64,000 nucleotides of DNA from positions 20,716 through 84,715 of the forward strand of contig JACJWY010000010.1 in NCBI GenBank assembly GCA_020636955.1. The letters run 5' to 3'. Under the pieces are notes generated by a model. The model ran no database searches. It was not told the origin of the DNA and was given only the letters and a program-made list of their open reading frames with translations. Below, piece after piece: positions 18,105 to 26,892 of this stretch. This stretch comes from Thermoleophilales bacterium (lineage in GTDB: Bacteria > Actinomycetota > Thermoleophilia > Solirubrobacterales > 70-9). The position numbers and the translations under genes were made by a program. Each line of letters opens with the position of its first letter. The first letter of the stretch is position 1.

Positions 18105-18919
18105 CAGATTTCAAACTTTTCTGCCCGTCCTGCCAGCGGAAGCTGCAGGAACCGCGTGCCGACCTCAACGAAAGAATCGACGTCGCCGGTGACCAGAAAA
18201 CGGTAGTCACCTTCGGAGCGCTCTGCTGCCAGCTCGTCCCGGCTAGCCAGTTCCCGCTGAATTGCCGCGGCGATCGCGTGACCGGCGGTGACCAGGTTCA
18301 CGTCCCTGCCCAGCATGCGCTGGAGCATCGGAGCGACCAGCGGATAGTGGGTGCAGCCGAGGATCAGCGTGTCGACTTCCGCCTTGCGAAGTGGCTCGCA
18401 GTAGCCGCGAACCGTCTCCAGAACTTCTTCGTCGAAGGTAGGCCCATGCTGAATTATCGGAGCGAGATCCGGCGCGGCCACCTCGGTCACGGTAAGTGGC
18501 CGACCCAGATCCTCAAGGGCCCGGTGATAGGCGCCGCTGGCCACGGTGGCGGGGGTGGCAAGGACTCCCACGCGGCCGTTGCCACTGATCGAGGCGGCAA
18601 TCTCCGCTTCGGGGCCTACCACCGTGACCACCGGCACTCCGGCTTCGACCCCGAGTTTCCGGATCTCGTCGCCGGCCGCGGCGGTGGCCGAGTTGCAGGC
18701 GATTACCAGCATCTTCACTCCGCGCTCAATAAGCGCCCCGGCGATCAATTGGGCCCGGTCACGCAGTTCTCCGGCGCTCTTGGTCCCGTAAGGGAAATGG
18801 CCGCTGTCTCCGAGGTATACGAAGTCTTCCGCTGGCAGGGAGATCAGGCATTCATGCAGCACGGTCAGACCGCCGACCCCGGAATCGAAAACCCCGATCG
18901 GTAGCAACGGGCGGTTCAA
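18104..18919 (-). CDS. murI: Glutamate racemase
   Basis: Motifs GVFDSGVGGLTV, IACNSATA and LGCTHYP are present. Confidence 0.93.
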   Translation of the reverse strand: MNRPLLPIGVFDSGVGGLTVLHECLISLPAEDFVYLGDSGHFPYGTKSAGELRDRAQLIAGALIERGVKMLVIACNSATAAAGDEIRKLGVEAGVPVVTVVGPEAEIAASISGNGRVGVLATPATVASGAYHRALEDLGRPLTVTEVAAPDLAPIIQHGPTFDEEVLETVRGYCEPLRKAEVDTLILGCTHYPLVAPMLQRMLGRDVNLVTAGHAIAAAIQRELASRDELAAERSEGDYRFLVTGDVDSFVEVGTRFLQLPLAGRAEKFEI

Positions 18920-19761
18920 CTGCGAGCCTCCCGCGCGAAAACCAGTGAACCCCAGTCACCCATCGCCCGCCGGTCGGTCTCGAGCAGGCCATGTGGCCGG
19001 AACGCCGCTACCACACGGTCATATTCGGTCGTGAGCAGGCCGGAACAGATCAGGGTCCCAGGCAGGTTTTCCGGCAACAGTCGGCTAGCAACCGCTTCAA
19101 GCAGCGGTGCGGTCAGGTTGGCCACTGTCGTCGGCGCGAGTTCGGGCAATCTGGCCTTCAGGTCGATTCTTTCGAAGCTGGCCTTTACCCCGTTGACGAT
19201 CGCGTTCTCCCGGGCCGCTTCAACCGCGGCGACTTCGTTGTCGCACCCCGCCAGAGGGGCCCAGCCCAATTTGCCGGCAGCGATGGCCAGAACTCCGGAT
19301 CCACAACCGAGGTCGCTCAACGGTCCGAAGGGTCCTCCTTGCCGCGCGATCGAAATCAGGGAATCGATGCAGAGCCTCGTGGTCGGATGGGCACCGGTGC
19401 CGAAGGCCTGGCCTGGGTCGACCACGACCTCGGCAAGGTCGGTCCGCTCAGGTTCCCAGGGTGGGCGGATCCAGACCGCGGGCCCGCACTCCGGGTCACC
19501 GACCAGCAAAGGCCTGTGGAATGTACGCCAGCGATCAGCCCAGTCGTCAGCAACCTCGGTTGCCTCGACCTCGACCATGCCACCGGCGATCACCGCCTCC
19601 TCCTCGCCGAGGTCCGGCAATTCACCTTCAGCTCCGTATATGGCGTATTCGACGAACCCTTCTCCCGCCACTTCCTCCACCCCGCCCGGGGCCAGCACGG
19701 CAAGTTCGGCGAGGACCAATTCCGCCTGTTCCGGATCACAACGGACCGCGAGTCGGATCAA
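18916..19761 (-). CDS. prmA: Ribosomal protein L11 methyltransferase
   Basis: SAM-binding motif DLGCGSGVLAIAAGKLG is present. It sits directly after dnaJ, as in Firmicutes. Confidence 0.85.
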   Translation of the reverse strand: MIRLAVRCDPEQAELVLAELAVLAPGGVEEVAGEGFVEYAIYGAEGELPDLGEEEAVIAGGMVEVEATEVADDWADRWRTFHRPLLVGDPECGPAVWIRPPWEPERTDLAEVVVDPGQAFGTGAHPTTRLCIDSLISIARQGGPFGPLSDLGCGSGVLAIAAGKLGWAPLAGCDNEVAAVEAARENAIVNGVKASFERIDLKARLPELAPTTVANLTAPLLEAVASRLLPENLPGTLICSGLLTTEYDRVVAAFRPHGLLETDRRAMGDWGSLVFAREARS

Positions 19762-20873
19762 CCGAAGGCCCTGCGCATCCGCGAGAAGATCCCGGACTCC
19801 TTCGGTTCACGGTTCTCGTCGGTGAGGGTTCCATCGAGGTCGCCGGCCAGCTTCTTCTGCTCATCGCTGAGGTTGGCCGGAATTATCACGTTGAAGATGA
19901 AGCGATGATCACCCCGCCTGCGCGATGAACCGAGTCGTGGCAGACCCTTCCCCTTGAGTCTCGCTTCGGCCCCGGGCTGGGTGCCGGCAGCCAGTTCGAT
20001 CTCATTCTGACCGTCCAGGGTGGTGACCTCGATCGTGTCTCCGATCATCGCCGCCGTCGCATCGACCGGAATCACCGTGACCAGATCCTGGCCGTCCCGC
20101 ACCATTCCTTCACGTTCGGCGACGTGGACCTCGACGTAAAGGTCGCCGGGCGGAGCCCCCGACTCTCCGGCATGTCCTGCGCCCGCGATGCGGATTCGCT
20201 GGCCGGACTCGATCCCGGCAGGGATGTCGATGCGTTGTTTTCTGGCAGCGTGCTTGCGGCCTAGTCCGGAGCATTCGCGGCAGGGCTCTTCCGGGATCCG
20301 GCCGTCGCCGCGGCATTGATCGCATGGCGTCGAACGGACCATCTGACCGAAAGCCGTATTGGCCACCGTGCGAAGCTCGCCGCTGCCGCCACATCGATCG
20401 CAAGTCTTGATCGGGGTTCCCGGTTCCGCCCCGTTGCCGCGGCAGTGATCGCAGTTGGAAACAGCTTCGAATTCGACTTCACGAGTCGTTCCGTCAAGTA
20501 CGTCCTCCAGATCGATCTCCGTCTGGACACCGATGTCCGCCCCGGGTGCGGGTCCTCTGCTCCCCCCGAAGCCACCGCCGAAGAATGCACTGAAAAGATC
20601 GTCTATCGACCCGAATCCCTGAGCCTGGGACTGGTATCCGCCGGAGCGCAGACCGTCATGCCCGAACTGGTCGTAGGTATCACGACGATCCTGGTCGCTC
20701 AGAACCTCGTAGGCCTCGGCCGCCTCCTTGAACTTCTCCTCGGCCTCGGGATCGTGAGCGTTGACATCGGGATGGAGCTCCCGCGCCACCTTGCGGAAGG
20801 CCTTCTTGATCTCGGTGTCCGTCGCCTGGCGGGAAACCCCCAGGACCTCGTAATAGTCTCGTTTTTCGCTCAT
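19758..20873 (-). CDS. dnaJ: Molecular chaperone DnaJ
   Basis: J-domain with HPD (ELHPDVN), a G/F region, and four CxxCxGxG zinc-finger repeats. Confidence 0.97.
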   Translation of the reverse strand: MSEKRDYYEVLGVSRQATDTEIKKAFRKVARELHPDVNAHDPEAEEKFKEAAEAYEVLSDQDRRDTYDQFGHDGLRSGGYQSQAQGFGSIDDLFSAFFGGGFGGSRGPAPGADIGVQTEIDLEDVLDGTTREVEFEAVSNCDHCRGNGAEPGTPIKTCDRCGGSGELRTVANTAFGQMVRSTPCDQCRGDGRIPEEPCRECSGLGRKHAARKQRIDIPAGIESGQRIRIAGAGHAGESGAPPGDLYVEVHVAEREGMVRDGQDLVTVIPVDATAAMIGDTIEVTTLDGQNEIELAAGTQPGAEARLKGKGLPRLGSSRRRGDHRFIFNVIIPANLSDEQKKLAGDLDGTLTDENREPKESGIFSRMRRAFG

Positions 20874-21892
20874 GCGTCGTAGACGAACTCGAAGTAACGG
20901 GAAAGCTCACGTGAAGCTTCACTGACACCTGCGATCGCCCGCTCGTAATCCATGCGGGTCGGACCGACCACTCCGACCGACCCGAGGTTGCGGTGGGCAA
21001 GGCCGTAGTTGGCTCCGATCACGGTGACGTCCTGAAGCTCGGGCTGCGGATTCTCGGCGCCGATCCAGAGAAAGACAGAACTTTCGTCAATCGCCGAACG
21101 CATCATCCCAAGGACGGTCGCTTTCTCCTCCAGGGTGTTCATCAGCCGGTCGATCCGGGGCAGATCGGAGGCCCGGCGCTGGTCGAGCAGGCGCGAAGCA
21201 CCATCCACGTAGAGGGTCCCTTCCGGACTGTGTTCGAGGTCGAGCAGCGCCGGCGCAAGCTGCTCGATGAAGGCCGATTCGGTCGCTCCCAGGCTCGGGT
21301 CCTGCAGCTTTGATGCCACGCGCCGGGCGCCGAGATCGATGCCGGTCAGCGATTCGTTGAGGTAGCTCGACGCCCATTCGACCAGACCCGGGTCAACGGG
21401 CGAGGCGAAGGTGAAAGCCCGCCTGGTTACGTCGCCGGCCGAGGTAATCACAATTACCATCACCACCTCGGGCTGTAGCAGCAGTGCTTCGACCCGGTGG
21501 ATGCGGGACGTTCCGAGCGGCGGAGCTACCACCAGGGCGAGCAGATCGGTCATCTGGGCGAGGGCCGAGGTCGCATCCCGCATCGCCTCGTCGACCTCGC
21601 GACGCAGGTCGCTGAGATCGAGACTGGCCGGTTCGGTCCGGGTCAGGGCCCGGGACTTGAGTGACTCGACGTATTGCCGGTAGCCGAGGTCGGTCGGAAC
21701 CCGTCCGGCCGAGGTGTGGGGATGGGTCAGATAACCGCCGGCTTCCAGCGCAGCCAGCTCCGCCCGGACCGTGGAGGCACCCCACTGAAGCCGCGAATCC
21801 CCGGCGATCGCTTTGGACCCCACGGGGCGCCCGGTTTCCCGGTAGGCATCCACCACGAGTCCCAAGATCAGTTCTTGACGCTCAGACAGCAT
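20870..21892 (-). CDS. hrcA: Heat-inducible transcriptional repressor HrcA
   Basis: ORF 20870..21898. I prefer ATG 21892 (MLSERQELILGLVVDAYRETGRPVGSK), the typical HrcA N-terminus. Confidence 0.93.
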   Translation of the reverse strand: MLSERQELILGLVVDAYRETGRPVGSKAIAGDSRLQWGASTVRAELAALEAGGYLTHPHTSAGRVPTDLGYRQYVESLKSRALTRTEPASLDLSDLRREVDEAMRDATSALAQMTDLLALVVAPPLGTSRIHRVEALLLQPEVVMVIVITSAGDVTRRAFTFASPVDPGLVEWASSYLNESLTGIDLGARRVASKLQDPSLGATESAFIEQLAPALLDLEHSPEGTLYVDGASRLLDQRRASDLPRIDRLMNTLEEKATVLGMMRSAIDESSVFLWIGAENPQPELQDVTVIGANYGLAHRNLGSVGVVGPTRMDYERAIAGVSEASRELSRYFEFVYDA

Positions 21893-21901
21893 GAGCACCG
21901 G

Positions 21902-21907
21902 ATTGTA
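21902..21907 (-). promoter_or_regulatory. Candidate -10 hexamer TACAAT upstream of hrcA (9 nt from ATG 21892)
   Basis: The minus strand reads GCTAAATACAATCCGGTGCTCATG. The same AAATACAATC string precedes aguA. Confidence 0.45.
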
Positions 21908-21920
21908 TTTAGCTCACGGT

Positions 21921-22050
21921 GCGGGCGGTGCCGATATGGGCGCCGACGACGCAAGAAGTCGCTTCGTGAGACGAACAGTTACCGATTACCGAACGATGCG
22001 ACTTCGGTCCTGATGTTCGCCGAAGAGGCGGTCATATCGGCACCGCCCGC
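21921..22050. repeat. 18-bp perfect inverted repeat (arms 21921-21938 and 22033-22050) bracketing a 94-nt spacer in the MaoC-hrcA intergenic region
   Basis: Arm 1 is GCGGGCGGTGCCGATATG. The reverse complement of arm 2 is identical. The spacer contains smaller hairpins, for example ACCGAA-N9-TTCGGT. Confidence 0.85.
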
Positions 22051-22060
22051 CCCGCCAGAA

Positions 22061-22456
22061 CTAAGGGTAGGAAACGTCGGCGGTGGCGTTGCGGATTACC
22101 TGGTTTTCACCCTGGGCCGCAATCAGATCGAAGGTTACGTCGGAGCCATCGGCTTCGATCACTTCACCGGAAACCTCGATCTCGGTCTCCGGCATGCTCA
22201 TACCGCGGAACTGGACCGAAAGCCGCTTCAGGGCCCGGGGGTCTCCCCCGGCCTCGTCGGTCGCAGCCTTGGCGACCAGCCCCATCACGTAGAGGCCGTG
22301 CAGGATGGTCGACGGAAGGCCGACCATCTGGGCAAATTCCTTGTCGATGTGGATCGGGTTGAAGTCACCTGAAGCACCGGCGTAACGATGGGGCAGGAAT
22401 TTGTCCGGGGTGACCTTCAGGCCGCCGATCTTTTCGCCTTTTTCCTTCGCACTCAT
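22061..22456 (-). CDS. MaoC-family (R)-specific enoyl-CoA hydratase/dehydratase subunit
   Basis: Hot-dog fold translation containing the DFNPIHID motif. Confidence 0.85.
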   Translation of the reverse strand: MSAKEKGEKIGGLKVTPDKFLPHRYAGASGDFNPIHIDKEFAQMVGLPSTILHGLYVMGLVAKAATDEAGGDPRALKRLSVQFRGMSMPETEIEVSGEVIEADGSDVTFDLIAAQGENQVIRNATADVSYP

Positions 22457-22899
22457 TCTTCGATCCCCCTGACGATGTTGGTCCAGGTGGCCTTGCAGAC
22501 GAGGTCACCATTCTGGTTTTTCGACTCGGTTTCGAAAACGTAGAAACCCTTGCCATCCTTTGGGTAAATGTCCTTGCAGGTTGTGGTCGTGGAGATCAGG
22601 TCCCCGGAAATCACCGGCTCGCCCCACTGAAACTCCTGCCCGCCGTGGACCATGGCCGCGAAGTTCATCTCCACTTCGGGGTCGAAGAGAACCGGGCCCA
22701 TCGCCCCGGCCGTGTAGACGACCACGAACATCGGCGGGGCAACGATGCCCCGGAAGCCCGCCTCCTTCGCCGCCTTTTCATCGAAGTAGACCGGGTCATC
22801 GAGCCCGATCACCTGCGCGTATTCGCGGATCTTTTCCCGGCCCACTTCGTATTCGTAGGCCGGCCAGCTCTTGCCAACGGCATCGGTCTTCAGCGCCAT
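22453..22899 (-). CDS. MaoC_dehydrat_N / FAS1-like dehydratase domain protein (partner subunit, HadA/UPF0336-like)
   Basis: MALKTDAVGKSWPAYEYEVGREKIREYAQVIG... is typical of the N-terminal-type subunit. It overlaps the downstream MaoC gene by 4 nt. Confidence 0.8.
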   Translation of the reverse strand: MALKTDAVGKSWPAYEYEVGREKIREYAQVIGLDDPVYFDEKAAKEAGFRGIVAPPMFVVVYTAGAMGPVLFDPEVEMNFAAMVHGGQEFQWGEPVISGDLISTTTTCKDIYPKDGKGFYVFETESKNQNGDLVCKATWTNIVRGIEE

Positions 22900-22905
22900 G
22901 CCGGA

Positions 22906-22911
22906 AATCTA
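22906..22911 (-). promoter_or_regulatory. Candidate -10 hexamer TAGATT, 6 nt upstream of ATG 22899
   Basis: The minus strand reads GGGTATAGATTTCCGGCATG, immediately after the lepA stop. Confidence 0.35.
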
Positions 22912-22919
22912 TACCCGGG

Positions 22920-24713
22920 CTATTCGTCGAGCTCGAGAACAGCGAGGAAGGCTTCCTGGGGTACTTCGACCCGGCCGACGTTCTTCATCCGCTTCTTGCC
23001 GGCCTTCTGCTTTTCGAGCAGCTTGCGCTTGCGGGTCACGTCGCCGCCGTAAAGCTTCGCGGTGACGTCCTTGCGCACCGCCTTGACGGTTTCGCGGGCG
23101 AGGATGTTCGCTCCGATCGCGGCCTGAACCGGGATGTCGAACTGCTGCCTCGGAATGGTCTTGCGAAGCCGGGACACGAGGTCCTTGCCCTGGTTGTAGG
23201 CGAAGTCCTTGTGGGTGATGATCGAGAGGGCATCGACCTTTTCTCCGGCCAGCAGGACATCGACCTTGACCAGATCCGACGCCCGGAGACCGATCGGCTC
23301 GTAGTCGAGCGAGGCGTAGCCCTTGGTCGAGGACTTGAGGACGTCGAAGAAGTCGAGGACGATCTCGCCCAGCGGCAGGTCGTAGCGGATCTGGACCCGG
23401 GTCGGGCTGAGGTAGTCCATGTCCACGTGGGTACCCCGACGGGACTGGCAGAGTTCCATCACCGGCCCGACAAAGTCACTCGGCGTGATCACCGTGGCCC
23501 GGATGTAAGGCTCCTCGATCCGTTCGATCGAACCGGGGTCGGGCATCTCGGTCGGACTGGAGATCTCGGTCATCTCGCCGGTGGTCAGGTGGACTTCGTA
23601 GCGGACGGTCGGGGTGGTTGCCAGCAACTCGAGTCCGTATTCGCGCTCGAGCCGTTCTCGAACGATCTCCATGTGGAGCAGCCCCAGAAACCCGCAACGG
23701 AAGCCGAAGCCCAGCGCCTCGGAGGTTTCCGGCTCCCAGGAGAGCGCGGCATCGTTGAGGCCCATCTTGTCGAGTGCGTCCCGCAGATCCTCGTACCGGT
23801 CGGTGTCGATCGGAAAGAGGCCACAGAAGACCATTGGCTTTACGTCCCGGTAACCGGCCAGAGCTTCCGCCGCCGGGTTCTCCAGGTTGGTCAGCGTGTC
23901 GCCCACCCTCAGCTTCGCCACGTCCTTGATTCCGGTGATCACATAGCCGACCTCACCGGTACCGATCTCGTCGACCGGAGACATGACCGGTCGGAAGAAA
24001 CCGATGTCGTCGAGTTCGGCCTCGGTGCCGTTCTGCATTGCCAGCACCTTGCCGTGCTTGCGGAAGCGCCCGTCCATCATCCGTACGTAGGCGATTACGC
24101 CGCGGTACTGGTCGAACTCGGAGTCGAAGATCAGGGCCCGGGCCGGGGCGTCCGGCTCGCCCTCCGGTGGCGGAATCCGGTCCACGACCGCCTCGAGCAC
24201 GTCGATCACCCCTTCCCCGGTCTTGGCCGAGATCCGGAGGATGTCGTCGGGGTCGACCCCGATCAGATCGGAGACCTCGGCCGCTACCCGTTCCGGTTCG
24301 GCCCCGGGCAAGTCGACCTTGTTCAGTACGGGGATCAGCTCAAGGCCGTTTTCGATCGCCAGATAGGTGTTGGCCACGGTCTGTGCCTCGACGCCCTGGG
24401 CCGCGTCAACGACCAGCAGCGCCCCCTCGCAGGCCGCCAGGGACCGCGAGACCTCGTAGGAGAAATCGACGTGGCCGGGAGTGTCGATCAGGTGCAGGTG
24501 ATAGGTGACGCCATCCGAGGCGGTGAATTCGACCCGCACCGCCTGGGCCTTGATGGTGATTCCGCGCTCGCGCTCGAGATCCATCGAGTCCAGCACCTGG
24601 GCCCGCATCTTGAGCGGATCCACGGCCTTGGTCAGCTCGAGGATGCGGTCGGCCAGGGTCGATTTACCGTGGTCGATATGCGCGATTATCGAAAAGTTCC
24701 GGATCGTGTCCAT
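22920..24713 (-). CDS. lepA: Translation elongation factor 4 (LepA)
   Basis: [18 protein letters not shown] and DTPGHVDF motifs, 597 aa, with a LepA-specific C-terminus. Confidence 0.98.
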   Translation of the reverse strand: MDTIRNFSIIAHIDHGKSTLADRILELTKAVDPLKMRAQVLDSMDLERERGITIKAQAVRVEFTASDGVTYHLHLIDTPGHVDFSYEVSRSLAACEGALLVVDAAQGVEAQTVANTYLAIENGLELIPVLNKVDLPGAEPERVAAEVSDLIGVDPDDILRISAKTGEGVIDVLEAVVDRIPPPEGEPDAPARALIFDSEFDQYRGVIAYVRMMDGRFRKHGKVLAMQNGTEAELDDIGFFRPVMSPVDEIGTGEVGYVITGIKDVAKLRVGDTLTNLENPAAEALAGYRDVKPMVFCGLFPIDTDRYEDLRDALDKMGLNDAALSWEPETSEALGFGFRCGFLGLLHMEIVRERLEREYGLELLATTPTVRYEVHLTTGEMTEISSPTEMPDPGSIERIEEPYIRATVITPSDFVGPVMELCQSRRGTHVDMDYLSPTRVQIRYDLPLGEIVLDFFDVLKSSTKGYASLDYEPIGLRASDLVKVDVLLAGEKVDALSIITHKDFAYNQGKDLVSRLRKTIPRQQFDIPVQAAIGANILARETVKAVRKDVTAKLYGGDVTRKRKLLEKQKAGKKRMKNVGRVEVPQEAFLAVLELDE

Positions 24714-24732
24714 CAGGGAGAGAGCAGTATGC

Positions 24733-26892
24733 CTAGTTGGTCGACCCGGCCGCGCCCGAGGCCGGATTCGTCTTGAACTGCCGGTACTTCCCGGTCTTCA
24801 GCCGGTTCTTCGGCAGGCAGGTTGAGCGGGACAGCCTGCCATCGAGTCGGACCACCGCACCGCCGCTGGCAAGCAGCACCGGTTCGACCGCCGGGTCGGT
24901 CGCGACCCAGCTCAATTCCCGGGGGGAGTCGAGCTTCTGGCCTTCACGGTCGAGCGTGAGGACCAGATATTCGTAATCACCCCGGTTTGCGGCATCGACG
25001 AAGTCCCTGCAGTTCTCGGCTTCGACGAAGCCGGCCTGGGGTTTGTTGATCCCGATGAACTGCACTTCATTGTCAAGATCCTGCCCCCAGAGCGGGTACT
25101 GACGGGTGGCATTGGTGCCGATCTTTACTCCGCTTTGGCCGTCAGCCCAGACATAGGCCTCGGAAAGGGCGGGAATCGTGAAGTCGGGCGCCGCATAACG
25201 GTGGTCGAAGTAATAGCGCTGGACTCCGAAACCGCAGAGGACGAGAAAGGCAAGGGTCAGACCGGCGCTCCAGGCGAGGAGCTTCCGGGAAGAGCGGGGG
25301 GAAAGCCGGTGTTGTCTGGACCTGACTCGCCAGACTCCGAGCCCGACCAGGCAGAGGATCCAGAACAGGCCGCCAGCGGCGAAGGCGACCAGCCACTCCT
25401 TGGCGTCCCAGCCATCACCGAAGGCGATCGTCACCGGAGCGAGGATCAGCAGCGCCCCGGCCGCCAGCCAGCGTGCCCTGCCTCCACGCTGACCCACGCC
25501 GCTTCCGAGCAGGGCCATGCAGACGGCCAGTGCGGGAGCCAGATAACGGAGGCCGGAGACAAAGCCGTTCGGCTCTCCAGCAGGCCCGGAGGCCGAAGTC
25601 GGGGCGACCAGCCAGGCCAGTACCAGGGCAACCCCGACCGCGGCGCCCGTGCGGCGGGCCGGACCAGAGTTGCGACCGAGGCAGAGCACCAGTCCCGCGA
25701 TCGCCAGCACTCCGAGCAGGATCCACCCCGATCCGAAACCGTCACCGAAGCCGGGCAAAAACCAGTGACGGATTACGTCCGTGTCGGTCAGGTAGCCCCA
25801 GACCGACCCGGCATCCCGCCCTCCGACGTCCTGGGACGGACCCGGCAGTTCAAGCGGCCCGAGGTGATTGATCCAGGGCAACGGATTGCCGGAGTGGGTC
25901 AGGTTGCGCAGGTACCAGTACCCCCCTCCCAGCAGCAGCGCAGCACCGCCGGCCAGGCCGTTGCGAAGGCGACGGGATGGCCGGGAAAGAATTACCGTTC
26001 CTGCCAGTAGCACCAGGGCTGCGGGGATGAAGTTGACCTTGGTCCCCATCGCCAGTCCGGCCGCGAGGGTGACCAGAAGAGTCGGCCCGAGGGTGATCCT
26101 GCGACCCCGCGCAGCCGCGTTGACGAGCACCGCCATTGCCGCCAGCAGGAAGAAGGTGCCGACGATGTCGTTTCGCGCTTCTCCGGCCTGATCGGCCATG
26201 GCGGCGGAACCCAGGACGAGCGCCACCCCCGCCATTGAGATCGGGGCGGCTCCGTAGGGACGGCCGATACACCAGGCAGCGAGCAGGCAGGCTGTGAACC
26301 AACCGAGATTCAGGAAGATCGACAGGAGGTCGTTGCCGAAAGCCATCATGCCGAGTGAATGGACGATTTCGGAGTTCTGGGGATAGAACCAGCTCAGGAA
26401 CTGCGGAGCCAGCAGATGAAGTGACCAGGTGTCTCCCGTCTGGGCAATTCCGGCGGCGAACGGGCCGTGGTACCAGGTCGAATCGAAGCCCGTCATGCCG
26501 GTACCGAGCCGGATCGAGATGCCGGCAACGAAGGCACCGAAAGCGCCGGCTGCGATGGCCGTCCCGACCATGGTCAGCCCCGGTGTGGCGGGCTCGGCAT
26601 GGATCACGGTCTGCGCCCGGGCATGAGGCAGGCGTTTCTGGAAGCGCCACAGGGTTGCCGCGACCACGACGCTCAGCAGCAGCCAGCTCCAGCCGGTCAG
26701 CAGCCCGAAGGTTCCGAGGATCAGGGCCGAGCCGATCGCCGCTCCGACCGCAAGCACACCCACCGCGACCCAGGCCACGGGCCCGCGCCAGCCCGGCAGC
26801 AGCCTCGATCCGAGGACGATGCCGGAGACCGTGATCGAGACGAGGCCGGCGAGTATTCCCAGGCAGCCGATCAGGTAGCCGGGAAAGCTCAC
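24733..26892 (-). CDS. Polytopic membrane protein (12 or more TM) with a C-terminal soluble domain; possible GT-C-type glycosyltransferase
   Basis: 719-aa ORF, hydrophobic for about 530 aa, then a ~180-aa soluble tail. It overlaps murJ by 4 nt. The functional call is a guess from architecture only. Confidence 0.55.
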   Translation of the reverse strand: MSFPGYLIGCLGILAGLVSITVSGIVLGSRLLPGWRGPVAWVAVGVLAVGAAIGSALILGTFGLLTGWSWLLLSVVVAATLWRFQKRLPHARAQTVIHAEPATPGLTMVGTAIAAGAFGAFVAGISIRLGTGMTGFDSTWYHGPFAAGIAQTGDTWSLHLLAPQFLSWFYPQNSEIVHSLGMMAFGNDLLSIFLNLGWFTACLLAAWCIGRPYGAAPISMAGVALVLGSAAMADQAGEARNDIVGTFFLLAAMAVLVNAAARGRRITLGPTLLVTLAAGLAMGTKVNFIPAALVLLAGTVILSRPSRRLRNGLAGGAALLLGGGYWYLRNLTHSGNPLPWINHLGPLELPGPSQDVGGRDAGSVWGYLTDTDVIRHWFLPGFGDGFGSGWILLGVLAIAGLVLCLGRNSGPARRTGAAVGVALVLAWLVAPTSASGPAGEPNGFVSGLRYLAPALAVCMALLGSGVGQRGGRARWLAAGALLILAPVTIAFGDGWDAKEWLVAFAAGGLFWILCLVGLGVWRVRSRQHRLSPRSSRKLLAWSAGLTLAFLVLCGFGVQRYYFDHRYAAPDFTIPALSEAYVWADGQSGVKIGTNATRQYPLWGQDLDNEVQFIGINKPQAGFVEAENCRDFVDAANRGDYEYLVLTLDREGQKLDSPRELSWVATDPAVEPVLLASGGAVVRLDGRLSRSTCLPKNRLKTGKYRQFKTNPASGAAGSTN

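Noticed and set aside
21909-21935. Canonical CIRCE (HrcA operator) upstream of hrcA
   Set aside because: The left half TTAGCTCAC matches 7/9, but the right half after N9 (GGTGCCGAT) matches only about 3/9 and is not an inverted copy. It is reported only as a half-site within the inverted-repeat finding.
22560-24776. 738-aa plus-strand ORF, the longest non-annotated ORF in the track
   Set aside because: It lies entirely antisense to lepA, whose translation is unambiguous. Its own translation is Arg/Pro/Gly-rich low-complexity sequence typical of shadow ORFs in GC-rich DNA.
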